From Bacillota bacterium (GTDB taxonomy: Bacteria > Bacillota > SHA-98 > UBA4971), in assembly GCA_030024085.1 (NCBI GenBank), contig JASEJE010000020.1, positions 129-64,128 of the forward strand: a stretch of DNA of 64,000 bases, in the 5' to 3' direction. The translations under genes were made by a program, and so were the position numbers. Under the pieces are notes generated by a model. That model was not told the DNA's origin, did not search any database, and worked only from the letters and a program-made list of their open reading frames with translations. This document shows, one piece after another, positions 28,704 to 37,151 of this stretch. The stretch's first letter is position 1, and each line of letters starts with the position of its first letter.

Positions 28704-31547
28704 TCACCACCTCGGTCCCTTTGCGCTCCCGTTGCCGTAGTGCCTGCTGCCGTTCATGCCGACGCGGCCGAAGCGGGCAAGCTCGCGGCGCAGCCGGGAC
28801 TCGACGCTCTCGGGCAGGCGCCGCACGGGATGCGGGATTGGCTCGCCGCCGTCATCGCAGTCTTCGCCGGCATCCGAGCGGCGAGGCCCACCCCCGCCGC
28901 TCCAGCGGCCCCGCCCCCGTGGGCCGGCGCTGGGTCGACCGGGGCCTCCGCCTGATCCTCTGTACCATCCTCGCGCCCCGGGCGCCAGGTCTCCCAGAGC
29001 CTGTGAGCCTTCCACAGCCCCGGCCACCGCCCCGGTCCCGGCTGCCGTCGCATCCCCCGCAGACGCTCCAGCCGACGCAACGAGAGGCGCGCCAATCCCC
29101 GACGGCCACCCGGCGCCCTCGCCCGGCGCCGCCCCCAGCATGGGCCTCTCCACGGGCCTGGGTATATACGGTTCCATCTCCAGCAGATCATGGAGGATGA
29201 TGAGGGCAGCCTCCTTGTCCGGGACGCGGCCCCGGGGTGAGAGGTCGGGGTCGTTCTGGGCGAAAGGCGGCACCGGCGCGCCTACGCACGACGGGCAGCC
29301 GTCCTCGCACCTACACCCTTTCACAAGCTCCAGGCACGCCCGGAGCACGTCCTCGAGCGACCTGTAAGCGCGCTCGGCGAACCCCACCCCGCCGGGATAG
29401 CGATCGTACACGAAGAGCGTCGGTGAGCCGGTGTTGAGGGAGTCCACGACCGCCCCCACGTCCCTGGAGTCGCACATGGCGTAAAGCGGCACCACTTCCG
29501 TAATGACGTTGCCGATCCCGTACAGCCCCTCGGACGGGTCGCGCCCCCACTCGCGCACCAGGTTGAGCGTGGAGATGGGCGGCACGAGCCACAACGCGGC
29601 GGTCCCCATCACCTGCGGCGGGAGGCTCACCTTGCCGAACCCGATGCTCTCGCGGCCGTGGAACTTGATCTTCTTGAACATGTACACGAGCGAGGTCACG
29701 GTGACGTCGCCGAACGATGCCGTGGCCTTGTGGAACTTCGTGCTCTCCTGCTCGTTTTCGATCTTCACCGTGGACTCGGAGATGGACTGCGTGAAGTAGT
29801 CAACGTCGGCCTTCTCTACGAAGGCGACCTTCTTGTCCACATCCAGCTCGGACACGAAATACGTCTCGCCGTCGTGCAGGTAGATCGCCTCCGGGTGGAT
29901 CTGCTCGAAAGCGGAGAGCTCGTCCATGGTGCCGATGACGCGGTTCGCCGCGGTGTCCTTCGCGGATGGCGGCCGACGGTCGCGCCCTGCCGCCGTTTGC
30001 GCCGGGTCCTGTGTCGTATCTACGATAGAGTAGGTGTTGTCCGACGCATTGCGCAGCTTGACCGCTTCCGACGGGTACGAAGGGTGCGACCAGTACCACC
30101 TGTTCCCGCGCCGCACGACCTCGCGCTGCTCCTCGAGGATCTGGAGGATGGCCGGCATGTACTCGCCGAAGCGCGCGATGTCCCTCGCCCCGAGCGGCAT
30201 CTCAAAGGCGGCGCAGCGAAGATGCCTCGCCAGCACGTACGGGTTGTGCGGGTCGATGGCCGCACCTTCCGTCGTTCTGCCGAAGAAGTATTCGGGATGG
30301 TTCATGAGATACTGGTCTATCGGCGCGGATTGCCCCACCAGAACCACGAGGGCCTCATCCTGCCCACGCCCGGCCCGCCCGGCCTGCTGCCAGGTGCTGG
30401 CGATGGTGCCCGGATAGCCCGTGAGGATGGCCGCGTCGAGGCTGCCGATGTCGATGCCGAGCTCAAGGGCGTTCGTTGACGTGACCCCGAGCAGTTCGCC
30501 GGAGAACAGGCGCTTCTCTATCTCGCGCCGCTCCTCGGGGAGGTAGCCCCCGCGATATGGCTTGATGGCGCGCGCGAGCGACGGGCTTATCTGCTGCAGC
30601 CGCTCCTGGGCGAACCTGTAGATGAGCTCTGCCACCACGCGCGCCTTCACGAAGGTGATGGTCTGGACCCCCTCGCGAACGAGGTCGACCAGGAGCCGCT
30701 CGGCCTCCACGCTCGAGCTCGCCCGTTCCACCTGCGCAGCGTCAAAGAGCGGCGGGTTCCAGAACACGAACTTCTTCGGGCCGCGCGGCGCACCATCGTC
30801 GTCGACGAGCGTGACGGGCCTGTCTATGAGCTTCTCCGCAAGCTCCTTCGGGTTTGCGATTGTAGCGGAACAGCAGATGAACTGGGGGTTTGCGCCGTAG
30901 TGCTCGCAGATCCGCTCGAGGCGCCTGACGACGCAGGCGACGTTCGAACCGAACACTCCCCTGTAGGTGTGCATCTCGTCGATGACCACGAAGGCGAGGT
31001 TCGCGAAGAACGGCCCCCACGCCGGGTGCCTCGGCAGGATGCCCTGGTGAAGCATGTCGGGGTTCGTGAGGATGATGTTCCCCTCGTCGCGCAGCTTGCG
31101 CCTGGCGTTCGGCGGCGTGTCGCCATCGTAGGTGCCGGCCACGATCGGCATGGCGGGGTCGATCTCACGGTAGCGAAGGAGGCCCCGGAGCTGGTCCTGG
31201 GCGAGCGCCTTCGTGGGGAAAAGATAGAGCGCCTTCGCGCCGGGGTCCATGGCGAGCCTCTCGAGGACCGGCGCGTTGTAGCAGAGGGTCTTGCCGCTCG
31301 CCGTGGACGTTACGACGGCGATGTCGCGCCCCTGCCGGACAGCCTGTATGGCCTGGGCCTGGTGCGTGTACAGGCGCTCGATGCCCACCTTGGCCAGGAT
31401 CGCCGCCACGCGTGGGTGGAGCGGCGGCTCGACATCACCGTAGCGCGCCTTGCGCGCCGGTATGTTCTCCACATGGACGATCTGCCCCCGGTACTCCGGT
31501 GCAAGCTTGAGCCGTTCTATGAATCTGGACGCGTCCATCGTCTCCAC
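28704..31547 (-). CDS. DEXH-box helicase with C-terminal DUF1998 zinc-binding domain (MrfA/YprA-like), plus a long disordered C-terminal tail
   Basis: N-terminus RLYTHQAQAIQAVRQGRDIAVVTSTASGKTLCYNAPVL resembles B. subtilis YprA/MrfA. DEMH box (VIDEMHTY), helicase C motifs and a four-Cys cluster CRCEDGCPSC. The last ~150 aa are a Gly/Ala/Pro/Arg-rich extension. Confidence 0.8.
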   Translation of the reverse strand: METMDASRFIERLKLAPEYRGQIVHVENIPARKARYGDVEPPLHPRVAAILAKVGIERLYTHQAQAIQAVRQGRDIAVVTSTASGKTLCYNAPVLERLAMDPGAKALYLFPTKALAQDQLRGLLRYREIDPAMPIVAGTYDGDTPPNARRKLRDEGNIILTNPDMLHQGILPRHPAWGPFFANLAFVVIDEMHTYRGVFGSNVACVVRRLERICEHYGANPQFICCSATIANPKELAEKLIDRPVTLVDDDGAPRGPKKFVFWNPPLFDAAQVERASSSVEAERLLVDLVREGVQTITFVKARVVAELIYRFAQERLQQISPSLARAIKPYRGGYLPEERREIEKRLFSGELLGVTSTNALELGIDIGSLDAAILTGYPGTIASTWQQAGRAGRGQDEALVVLVGQSAPIDQYLMNHPEYFFGRTTEGAAIDPHNPYVLARHLRCAAFEMPLGARDIARFGEYMPAILQILEEQREVVRRGNRWYWSHPSYPSEAVKLRNASDNTYSIVDTTQDPAQTAAGRDRRPPSAKDTAANRVIGTMDELSAFEQIHPEAIYLHDGETYFVSELDVDKKVAFVEKADVDYFTQSISESTVKIENEQESTKFHKATASFGDVTVTSLVYMFKKIKFHGRESIGFGKVSLPPQVMGTAALWLVPPISTLNLVREWGRDPSEGLYGIGNVITEVVPLYAMCDSRDVGAVVDSLNTGSPTLFVYDRYPGGVGFAERAYRSLEDVLRACLELVKGCRCEDGCPSCVGAPVPPFAQNDPDLSPRGRVPDKEAALIILHDLLEMEPYIPRPVERPMLGAAPGEGAGWPSGIGAPLVASAGASAGDATAAGTGAVAGAVEGSQALGDLAPGARGWYRGSGGGPGRPSAGPRGRGRWSGGGGPRRSDAGEDCDDGGEPIPHPVRRLPESVESRLRRELARFGRVGMNGSRHYGNGSAKGPRW

Positions 31548-31648
31548 AGCGCGACGCCTCGTCGCGGTGCCCAGCGCCCCGCCGGGTGCCGCATGCCTGT
31601 CGTCGCTCCCTCCACTCCCAGGTTCTCCTCCAGGTCTCTCACAGTTAA

Positions 31649-31858
31649 GTAGATCGCCACAAATTCGCGCTACTTTTCAGCGCAAGTCCTGTCCAGGGTT
31701 GCCGGTGTTGCCCTCCGGGGACGGCGCGTGCGGTGAGATGCGTTCGAATCTGGCGCTCAAGGCTAGCCAAGTTCCAGGCGCCCCGCCCTAGCAAGCACCG
31801 CGAGCCCCAACACCTTCAGGAGAAGTGGCGCAAACTTATGGCGCCATACTAACTTAAG
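31649..31858 (+). repeat. MITE-like repeat, copy 4 (variant 1)
   Basis: GTAGATCGCCACAAATTCGCGCTACTTTTCAGCGC...GAAGTGGCGCAAACTTATGGCGCCATACTAACTTAAG. Lies between the helicase start and the DUF2284 gene end. Confidence 0.8.
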
Positions 31859-31928
31859 AATGACCCGCGCGGCTGCATTTTCATCCTGCGACGGTGGCGG
31901 CCGCAGGCCGCCATGGAGGACTTAACGG

Positions 31929-32603
31929 TTATTCGATCATTACGAGCGAATACCAGTTCTGCTCCTGGCTTTCGTCGGCAAGCGTCTCTATCGGAAGCCC
32001 CTGCCTGCGCGCGGTAGCGTATACGTCGATCCCCATGCCCTGCATGGCGGGCCTCGCTTTGCCTGGGAACCGGCAGGGCCTGTCCTCCGGCAGGCTGCAC
32101 TCGGCGCACAGTCCGCAATCGCTCATGCTGAATGCGAAGTAGTACCCGTCCACGTACGCACGGCTCTCCACGGTAAACGAGATCTTTTGGGAGGACTCCT
32201 TGTCATGCGTGTGGATGAGCACTGCGTGCCTGTATCGCGACAGCACCCGTTCGGCCTCCCACGGCTTCAGCGCCCCCGGGGCCGACGGACAGACCCAGCA
32301 CTTCCCCCAGGTAGAGCAGCCATACATGCACTTGAGATAGGTCCTGGGATCGAACACGATGTCGCATGCGTCGATCACAAGGGCGTCCACCGCCCCGAGG
32401 CTCCTTGCCAGCTCGGCGTATTTCGCATACTTCTCCTCCAATTCTTTCCCCTTCTTCCACACGATATGATGCTGCCATAGTTGCCGCGCCGAAACCGGCC
32501 TACTCGTAATTCGACAACCCGGCCCGGCTGTCCTGCCGCCACCCTGCTCGTTCCTGCGGCACGTCGATATCACGCTTGTGTGTGATCTTTGATGTGTTGA
32601 CAA
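31929..32603 (-). CDS. Cys-rich predicted metal-binding protein (DUF2284-like)
   Basis: Cys clusters CMYGCSTWGKCWVCP and DCGLCAECSLPEDRPC. True start probably internal (~32464). Confidence 0.45.
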   Translation of the reverse strand: MSTHQRSHTSVISTCRRNEQGGGRTAGPGCRITSRPVSARQLWQHHIVWKKGKELEEKYAKYAELARSLGAVDALVIDACDIVFDPRTYLKCMYGCSTWGKCWVCPSAPGALKPWEAERVLSRYRHAVLIHTHDKESSQKISFTVESRAYVDGYYFAFSMSDCGLCAECSLPEDRPCRFPGKARPAMQGMGIDVYATARRQGLPIETLADESQEQNWYSLVMIE

Positions 32604-32643
32604 CAGTGTCTATCCGTGGGATACTCTCATCGTAGACCGCCTC

Positions 32644-33042
32644 ATGGGACGGTTGGAGGTGACCTCGATGCCCAAGAAGATCCCCGCGTCCGTGCTGGAT
32701 TTCGTTACACACAACGTCTTGCAGGTGACCGACCTCACACGAAAGGGCCGACTTGCTGAAATCCTCGACGCGTACTCATGCAGGGAGAGCTCGGAAGTAT
32801 ACGTGGTTCAGAACGCGAAGAAGCCAGGCGCGCAGGCCGCGCTGGTGGATGTGGGGTTCCTGAAGGAACTCCTCACCGTAAAGGAACTTGTGGATGAAGC
32901 GGTTGACGATCTCCTCGCGAGCGAAGTGAAGGCTAGGCTCGACGAGCCCGCCGACGTACCTCTGACGGATTTGGTATCGAAGCTCGGGATCGACCTGAGC
33001 GAGGTTGCTCGTTTGGCCGAGAGCGAGGAGACAGAGGAATGA
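32644..33042 (+). CDS. type II antitoxin, Phd/YefM-like
   Basis: N-terminal region (SVLDFVTHNVLQVTDLTRKGRLAEILDAYS...EVYVVQNAKKPGAQAALVDVGF) has the Phd/YefM pattern. Acidic C-terminus. The stop overlaps the start of the downstream toxin gene. Confidence 0.5.
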   Translation: MGRLEVTSMPKKIPASVLDFVTHNVLQVTDLTRKGRLAEILDAYSCRESSEVYVVQNAKKPGAQAALVDVGFLKELLTVKELVDEAVDDLLASEVKARLDEPADVPLTDLVSKLGIDLSEVARLAESEETEE

Positions 33043-33440
33043 ACGTCGAGCAAGACCTGGACCGTCTCCTCGGCAAGGATTGCCGCACGAAGGTGATACT
33101 CGCCCGCAAGGCGGTGGCCGATATCGAAGCGCTTGACCGCGGGCTGCAGAGCATCGTTGTCGCAGCGATAGTCAGGCGCGCCAGGGGAGGGCCTCTCTTG
33201 AAGCCTCGCGGTCTTGGCGAACCCCTTGGTCGCGGCCTTGCGGGGGTCGCAAAGATCAAGCTCAAGAGGCACGGCATGAGAATAGTGTACCGGCCGGTCG
33301 AGAGGGGCGACGCGATAGTCATGGAGATCCTCGCGGTGGGCCCGAGGGCTGCCGGCGAGGTGTACAGGGAAGTCGCTCGCCGTCTGAACGAGATGGACAA
33401 GGATGCTGCGGGTGCAGGCACACGAGAGCCGCCGAAGTGA
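33039..33440 (+). CDS. type II toxin, RelE/ParE family
   Basis: KIKLKRHGMRIVYRPVERGDAIVMEILAVGPR resembles the RelE/ParE C-terminal beta-sheet core. 4-nt overlap with the upstream antitoxin. Confidence 0.55.
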   Translation: MNVEQDLDRLLGKDCRTKVILARKAVADIEALDRGLQSIVVAAIVRRARGGPLLKPRGLGEPLGRGLAGVAKIKLKRHGMRIVYRPVERGDAIVMEILAVGPRAAGEVYREVARRLNEMDKDAAGAGTREPPK

Positions 33441-33470
33441 AGGCGCGAGAAGGAGCGAGCAATAAGAACT

Positions 33471-33498
33471 AGGGGGCGCCCCATAGATCGCCCCCGTG
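33471..33498. terminator. GC-rich hairpin between convergent genes (GGGGGCG-ccccatagat-CGCCCCC)
   Basis: Lies between the RelE stop (33440) and the DUF3794 gene stop (33572). No strong U-tract. Confidence 0.35.
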
Positions 33499-33571
33499 GT
33501 GGCATTTCGTTTCTGACAGGAGCAGTATTAGCAGCACCGGGTCTGCATGAGACTTACGGTTTTGCCCTGGT

Positions 33572-35323
33572 TCACGGGATAACCAGCGTGTCGCCGATCT
33601 CGATGCGGTCGGGGTCGGGAATTGCATTGGCCTGCACGATCGCCGCGACCGTGGTGCCGTAGCCCTGGGCTATCTGGTATAACGTCTCGCCCACCTGCAC
33701 CACGTGGACGCGCCCCGGCGTGGGCACCTGCCCGCCTCCGCCCACCGGCGGCCCTGGCAGGCCCGTGGACGGTCCTGGCAGTTGAGGGGCGATCTCGCCT
33801 GCGCCCGCCGTCGTGTCGTTCACGCCCACCACGGCCGACACGGTGTCGACGCGCGTCACCATGGTCCAGCCGCGCAGCACGACTCTCACATTTACGAACC
33901 TGGGCTCGACCGGGACAGCCACCACCCGGATGACGTCTATGTCGCACACGGCGTAGTAGGCCGGAATGGCGCCTGGCACCCGCAACGTCACCGAGAACGG
34001 CACCGTCTCCACGGTCGCGAACACCCTCTGGGTCGGAAGCTCGGAGTAGAGCACGGTGATTCGCAAGGTGCCTTCCACCAGCACCACGCCGTCGAGGACC
34101 GTGGTCCTCGTCACGCGTACCTGCGCAAACGACTGGATCACCCTGCCGATCGCCGGCAACTCGGCAGGCACGACGATCCGCACCGGGATCGTGGAGTTGT
34201 CCTCGACCTGGCCCACGATCTCCTCCACGAGGAACTCCCGGGTCACTGCCACGAGCGGAGTCGGAAGCGGCTCCACCGCCGTGATGAGCGGCAGTTCCCT
34301 CTCGACCGTCACGACCACGGACACCCGGAGCACGACCCTCACCCGGAGCGTGCGTGCGTTCACGATCTCAGCATCAGCGGCCTCCACGTGTACCGAGGCG
34401 AACGCGAACATCCCCGGCAGCACCCCTGGAAGGCTCACGACGGTGCTGAAGCTGAGGGCACCGTCCACCGAGAATACGGGCTGGTTCGGGCTCATTGCCA
34501 CGTAGAGCACACGCACCGAGACGGCCCCGTTCACCACCACTTTGCTCTGAAGCACCCGGGCGCTGCTCACGGACGCCGCAGCATCGGTGCGGATGACCTG
34601 AGACACGCCGGGTTTGTCCGGCGGTATCGATATCGTCCCGACCGCGATGGTCTCGGCCTCACCCTGCAACACCGCCCGCTCGACTGTGACCACCTTTTTC
34701 TTCACGATGGGCACCACCGGCACTTCCACAGCGGGCACGATGATGGTGGGCGGCACCTCCACCACGACCTCGGTGATCTCCTCCCTGAGGACGCGCACTC
34801 TCAGCGACACAAGCACGTTGACCTCGACGGTTCTCGGATCGATGAGCCGCGCCGTGGCGAATACGCTCGTCACGAGCACCTCCGGGATCATGCCGCCGAA
34901 GACTCCCGGCACACTCACGCTCCCGAACAGGGGCAGCACACCCTCGAAGGCGTGTACCGGCTGCGACGGCGCCGTGGACACGTAGAGAATGTCCACGTCC
35001 ACGTTTCCCTGGATGACCACGGCCCCCGGCACGATCGTGACCTGCGTGATGGCCGCCCGCGCCTGGGTGTCGAGGATGGATGCGATGTCGGGCTTCGGAG
35101 GAGGCACGACCAGCCGCCCGCTCGCCACGATGCTGGCGCTGACGTCGGCGACAACCACCTCGACCTTCACTTTCCTCCGGGGGAAGCCCGATACGATTAC
35201 ATCGGAAGACAACTCGCTCCCTCCTTCCCGCAGACTCCTTACCAGGATATGATATGTGAAGCGCCCACCGGGCGCCACAGGGCGCCGGCGCGCGGCGCAC
35301 CCCGAGGCCGAATGTGGGTTCAC
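33572..35323 (-). CDS. multi-repeat DUF3794 (SipL-like) protein with C-terminal LysM domain
   Basis: Four ~120-aa repeats with the VxGxVxVxxLYVAxxPxQPVxxxxxxxxFxxxxxxPG(A/V)xPG pattern. C-terminal LysM (VHVVQVGETLYQIAQGYGTTVAAIVQANAI). Probable TTG start near 35212, after GGAAGGAGGGAG. Confidence 0.75.
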   Translation of the reverse strand: MNPHSASGCAARRRPVAPGGRFTYHILVRSLREGGSELSSDVIVSGFPRRKVKVEVVVADVSASIVASGRLVVPPPKPDIASILDTQARAAITQVTIVPGAVVIQGNVDVDILYVSTAPSQPVHAFEGVLPLFGSVSVPGVFGGMIPEVLVTSVFATARLIDPRTVEVNVLVSLRVRVLREEITEVVVEVPPTIIVPAVEVPVVPIVKKKVVTVERAVLQGEAETIAVGTISIPPDKPGVSQVIRTDAAASVSSARVLQSKVVVNGAVSVRVLYVAMSPNQPVFSVDGALSFSTVVSLPGVLPGMFAFASVHVEAADAEIVNARTLRVRVVLRVSVVVTVERELPLITAVEPLPTPLVAVTREFLVEEIVGQVEDNSTIPVRIVVPAELPAIGRVIQSFAQVRVTRTTVLDGVVLVEGTLRITVLYSELPTQRVFATVETVPFSVTLRVPGAIPAYYAVCDIDVIRVVAVPVEPRFVNVRVVLRGWTMVTRVDTVSAVVGVNDTTAGAGEIAPQLPGPSTGLPGPPVGGGGQVPTPGRVHVVQVGETLYQIAQGYGTTVAAIVQANAIPDPDRIEIGDTLVIP

Positions 35324-35497
35324 AAGTTCGCTCCGGTGTTCCAGCGAATTCCGGGTTGCCGGCGTTGCGCTCGGGGGACGACGCCCTTGCGGGGCGCCTC
35401 GCTAGATTTGGCGTTCAGGCCTGCCAAATCTTCAACGCCCCTCGCGCAAGCACCGGCAACCCCTGGAAAAGTGGCAGTGATCTCTGAACTCACACTC
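35314..35497. repeat. MITE-like repeat, copy 5 (variant 2-like 3' end CCTGGAAAAGTGGCAGTGATCTCTGAACTCACAC)
   Basis: Same hairpin core. Immediately upstream of the DUF3794-LysM gene. Confidence 0.75.
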
Positions 35498-35686
35498 TGG
35501 GCCCGGCGCCTGATCCGCTCGATCACAGAAGGGACCTCCGGCGTTTTCGCCAGGGTCCCTTCCAACTGCGTTGCGCTGCGTTGCGGGCAAGACGCTCTGC
35601 CCGGGTACGGCGCCAGAAGCTTTGGCCACTTTACCAGGCGGAATCAGGGTTCGCAATCAGGGCCCGCGTTGTTCGCGGTAATCGCC

Positions 35687-37129
35687 TCAGTTCATGTCCC
35701 GGAACTCCTCGGGCACGAGCACGTCGATGACCACGTGCTTCTGCACGGTCTTGGTGACCTTCACGAACACCTCGATTATGGCCTCGACCAGGACGTCCCG
35801 GGTGCCGACCTCGGGCGGCGGCGTCACCCCGACCGGCAGGAGCTGAGCGGTGGCGAACTCCACCCTCGGCCGGACGAGGATGTTCATCCCGGGGAACGCG
35901 CCTGGCAGGTCCACGAACGTCGTGAAGGGCACCTCGAGATGCATGTGGTGGACCGGCTGGTCCGGGAGAGCTGCTACGTATATAACCTGCACGACGAGCC
36001 TCCCCTCGAGGATCACCTTCCCGTCGAGGATGTCCGACCGGGTTATCTCCACCACCGAACTGAAGACGCTGATGATCTTGGCCGCAGCAGGCTTCTCCGG
36101 AGGAATCGTGACCTCCTGGCGGATGTTGATCTGCTGTGTGACCTCGTTCACGACGTCCTCGATCGCGACGAGCTGGCGCACTGCGTTTATCGGAATCCTG
36201 TCGGACCTGACGTCTGTCACGACCCTCATCTGCTGGATCTCGGTGACCTTGGCAAACAGGCTGATGACGAGATCCTGCATGATCGTCATCGGGTCGACCC
36301 TGGTCGCCTGAGCGAACTCCACGGTCGGGAAGAGCTCGACCATGAGGCCGGGCATGGCTCCCGGGATCCTGATGTTGGCAAGGAAGTTCACCGTCTGATG
36401 CATCTGGTGGACAGGCTGGTCGGGCAGATCCGCCACGTATAGTATCTGGGTCCTGATCTGCCCCTGCACGATCACCAGGTCCGGGATCACCCTCACCTCA
36501 GTCGGCAACACTTCGGTGCTGATGATGCCGAGGATCTTCAAGACCGGCGGCTTGCCGGTCGGCACCGGCAGGGTGTTGCTCAGTATCACCTGACTCGTGT
36601 TCTCGCCGACCACTCGCTCGACTCGCACAAGGTTCTTCTCGACCTTCACCGGAATGCTCTTGAACATCACGTCGGTGACCACGTCGAGCTGCACGAGCTG
36701 CGTCACCTTGACGAAGAGCTCGATGATGAGTTCGATCTCGACTTCCCTCGGGGTCCTGATCACTATGTCGGAGAAAGTAACCCTCGGCCTGACGACTACG
36801 GTCATCCCCGGCTGCGCCCCGGGCACATCCACGAACTGAAGGAAGCTGATCGTGTGCTCCATATGATGCACCGGCTGGTCTGGCAGGGCGGCCACGTAGA
36901 TGGTCTGTACCGTCGCCGTCCCTTCCACGACAACCTTGTTGGGCAGGGGCGTCCCGGTTGCTGAGACTGTTACGTTAACTATGCTCAAGATCTTCTGGAC
37001 GTCAGGCTTTCCGGACGGCACCGACTGCACGCTTCTCAGCGTGATGTTGGCGACGTTCTCACCGACGACCTCGAAGAGCTTGAGCCGCTCCCTCCTTAAA
37101 ACCATCTGCACTCTCCCTCCTTTTCCCAT
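35687..37129 (-). CDS. multi-repeat DUF3794 protein (four repeats, no LysM)
   Basis: Repeats such as VVVEGTATVQTIYVAALPDQPVHHMEHTISFLQFVDVPGAQPGM. Start probably MVLRRERLKLFEVVGE. Confidence 0.75.
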   Translation of the reverse strand: MGKGGRVQMVLRRERLKLFEVVGENVANITLRSVQSVPSGKPDVQKILSIVNVTVSATGTPLPNKVVVEGTATVQTIYVAALPDQPVHHMEHTISFLQFVDVPGAQPGMTVVVRPRVTFSDIVIRTPREVEIELIIELFVKVTQLVQLDVVTDVMFKSIPVKVEKNLVRVERVVGENTSQVILSNTLPVPTGKPPVLKILGIISTEVLPTEVRVIPDLVIVQGQIRTQILYVADLPDQPVHQMHQTVNFLANIRIPGAMPGLMVELFPTVEFAQATRVDPMTIMQDLVISLFAKVTEIQQMRVVTDVRSDRIPINAVRQLVAIEDVVNEVTQQINIRQEVTIPPEKPAAAKIISVFSSVVEITRSDILDGKVILEGRLVVQVIYVAALPDQPVHHMHLEVPFTTFVDLPGAFPGMNILVRPRVEFATAQLLPVGVTPPPEVGTRDVLVEAIIEVFVKVTKTVQKHVVIDVLVPEEFRDMN

Positions 37130-37151
37130 AGTGGGGGCTAGCCTGTTGCAG

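Noticed and set aside
31548-31648. LexA/SOS box upstream of the MrfA-like helicase
   Set aside because: No GAAC-N4-GTTC-type palindrome found in the ~100 bp upstream; the region is mostly occupied by the MITE-like element.
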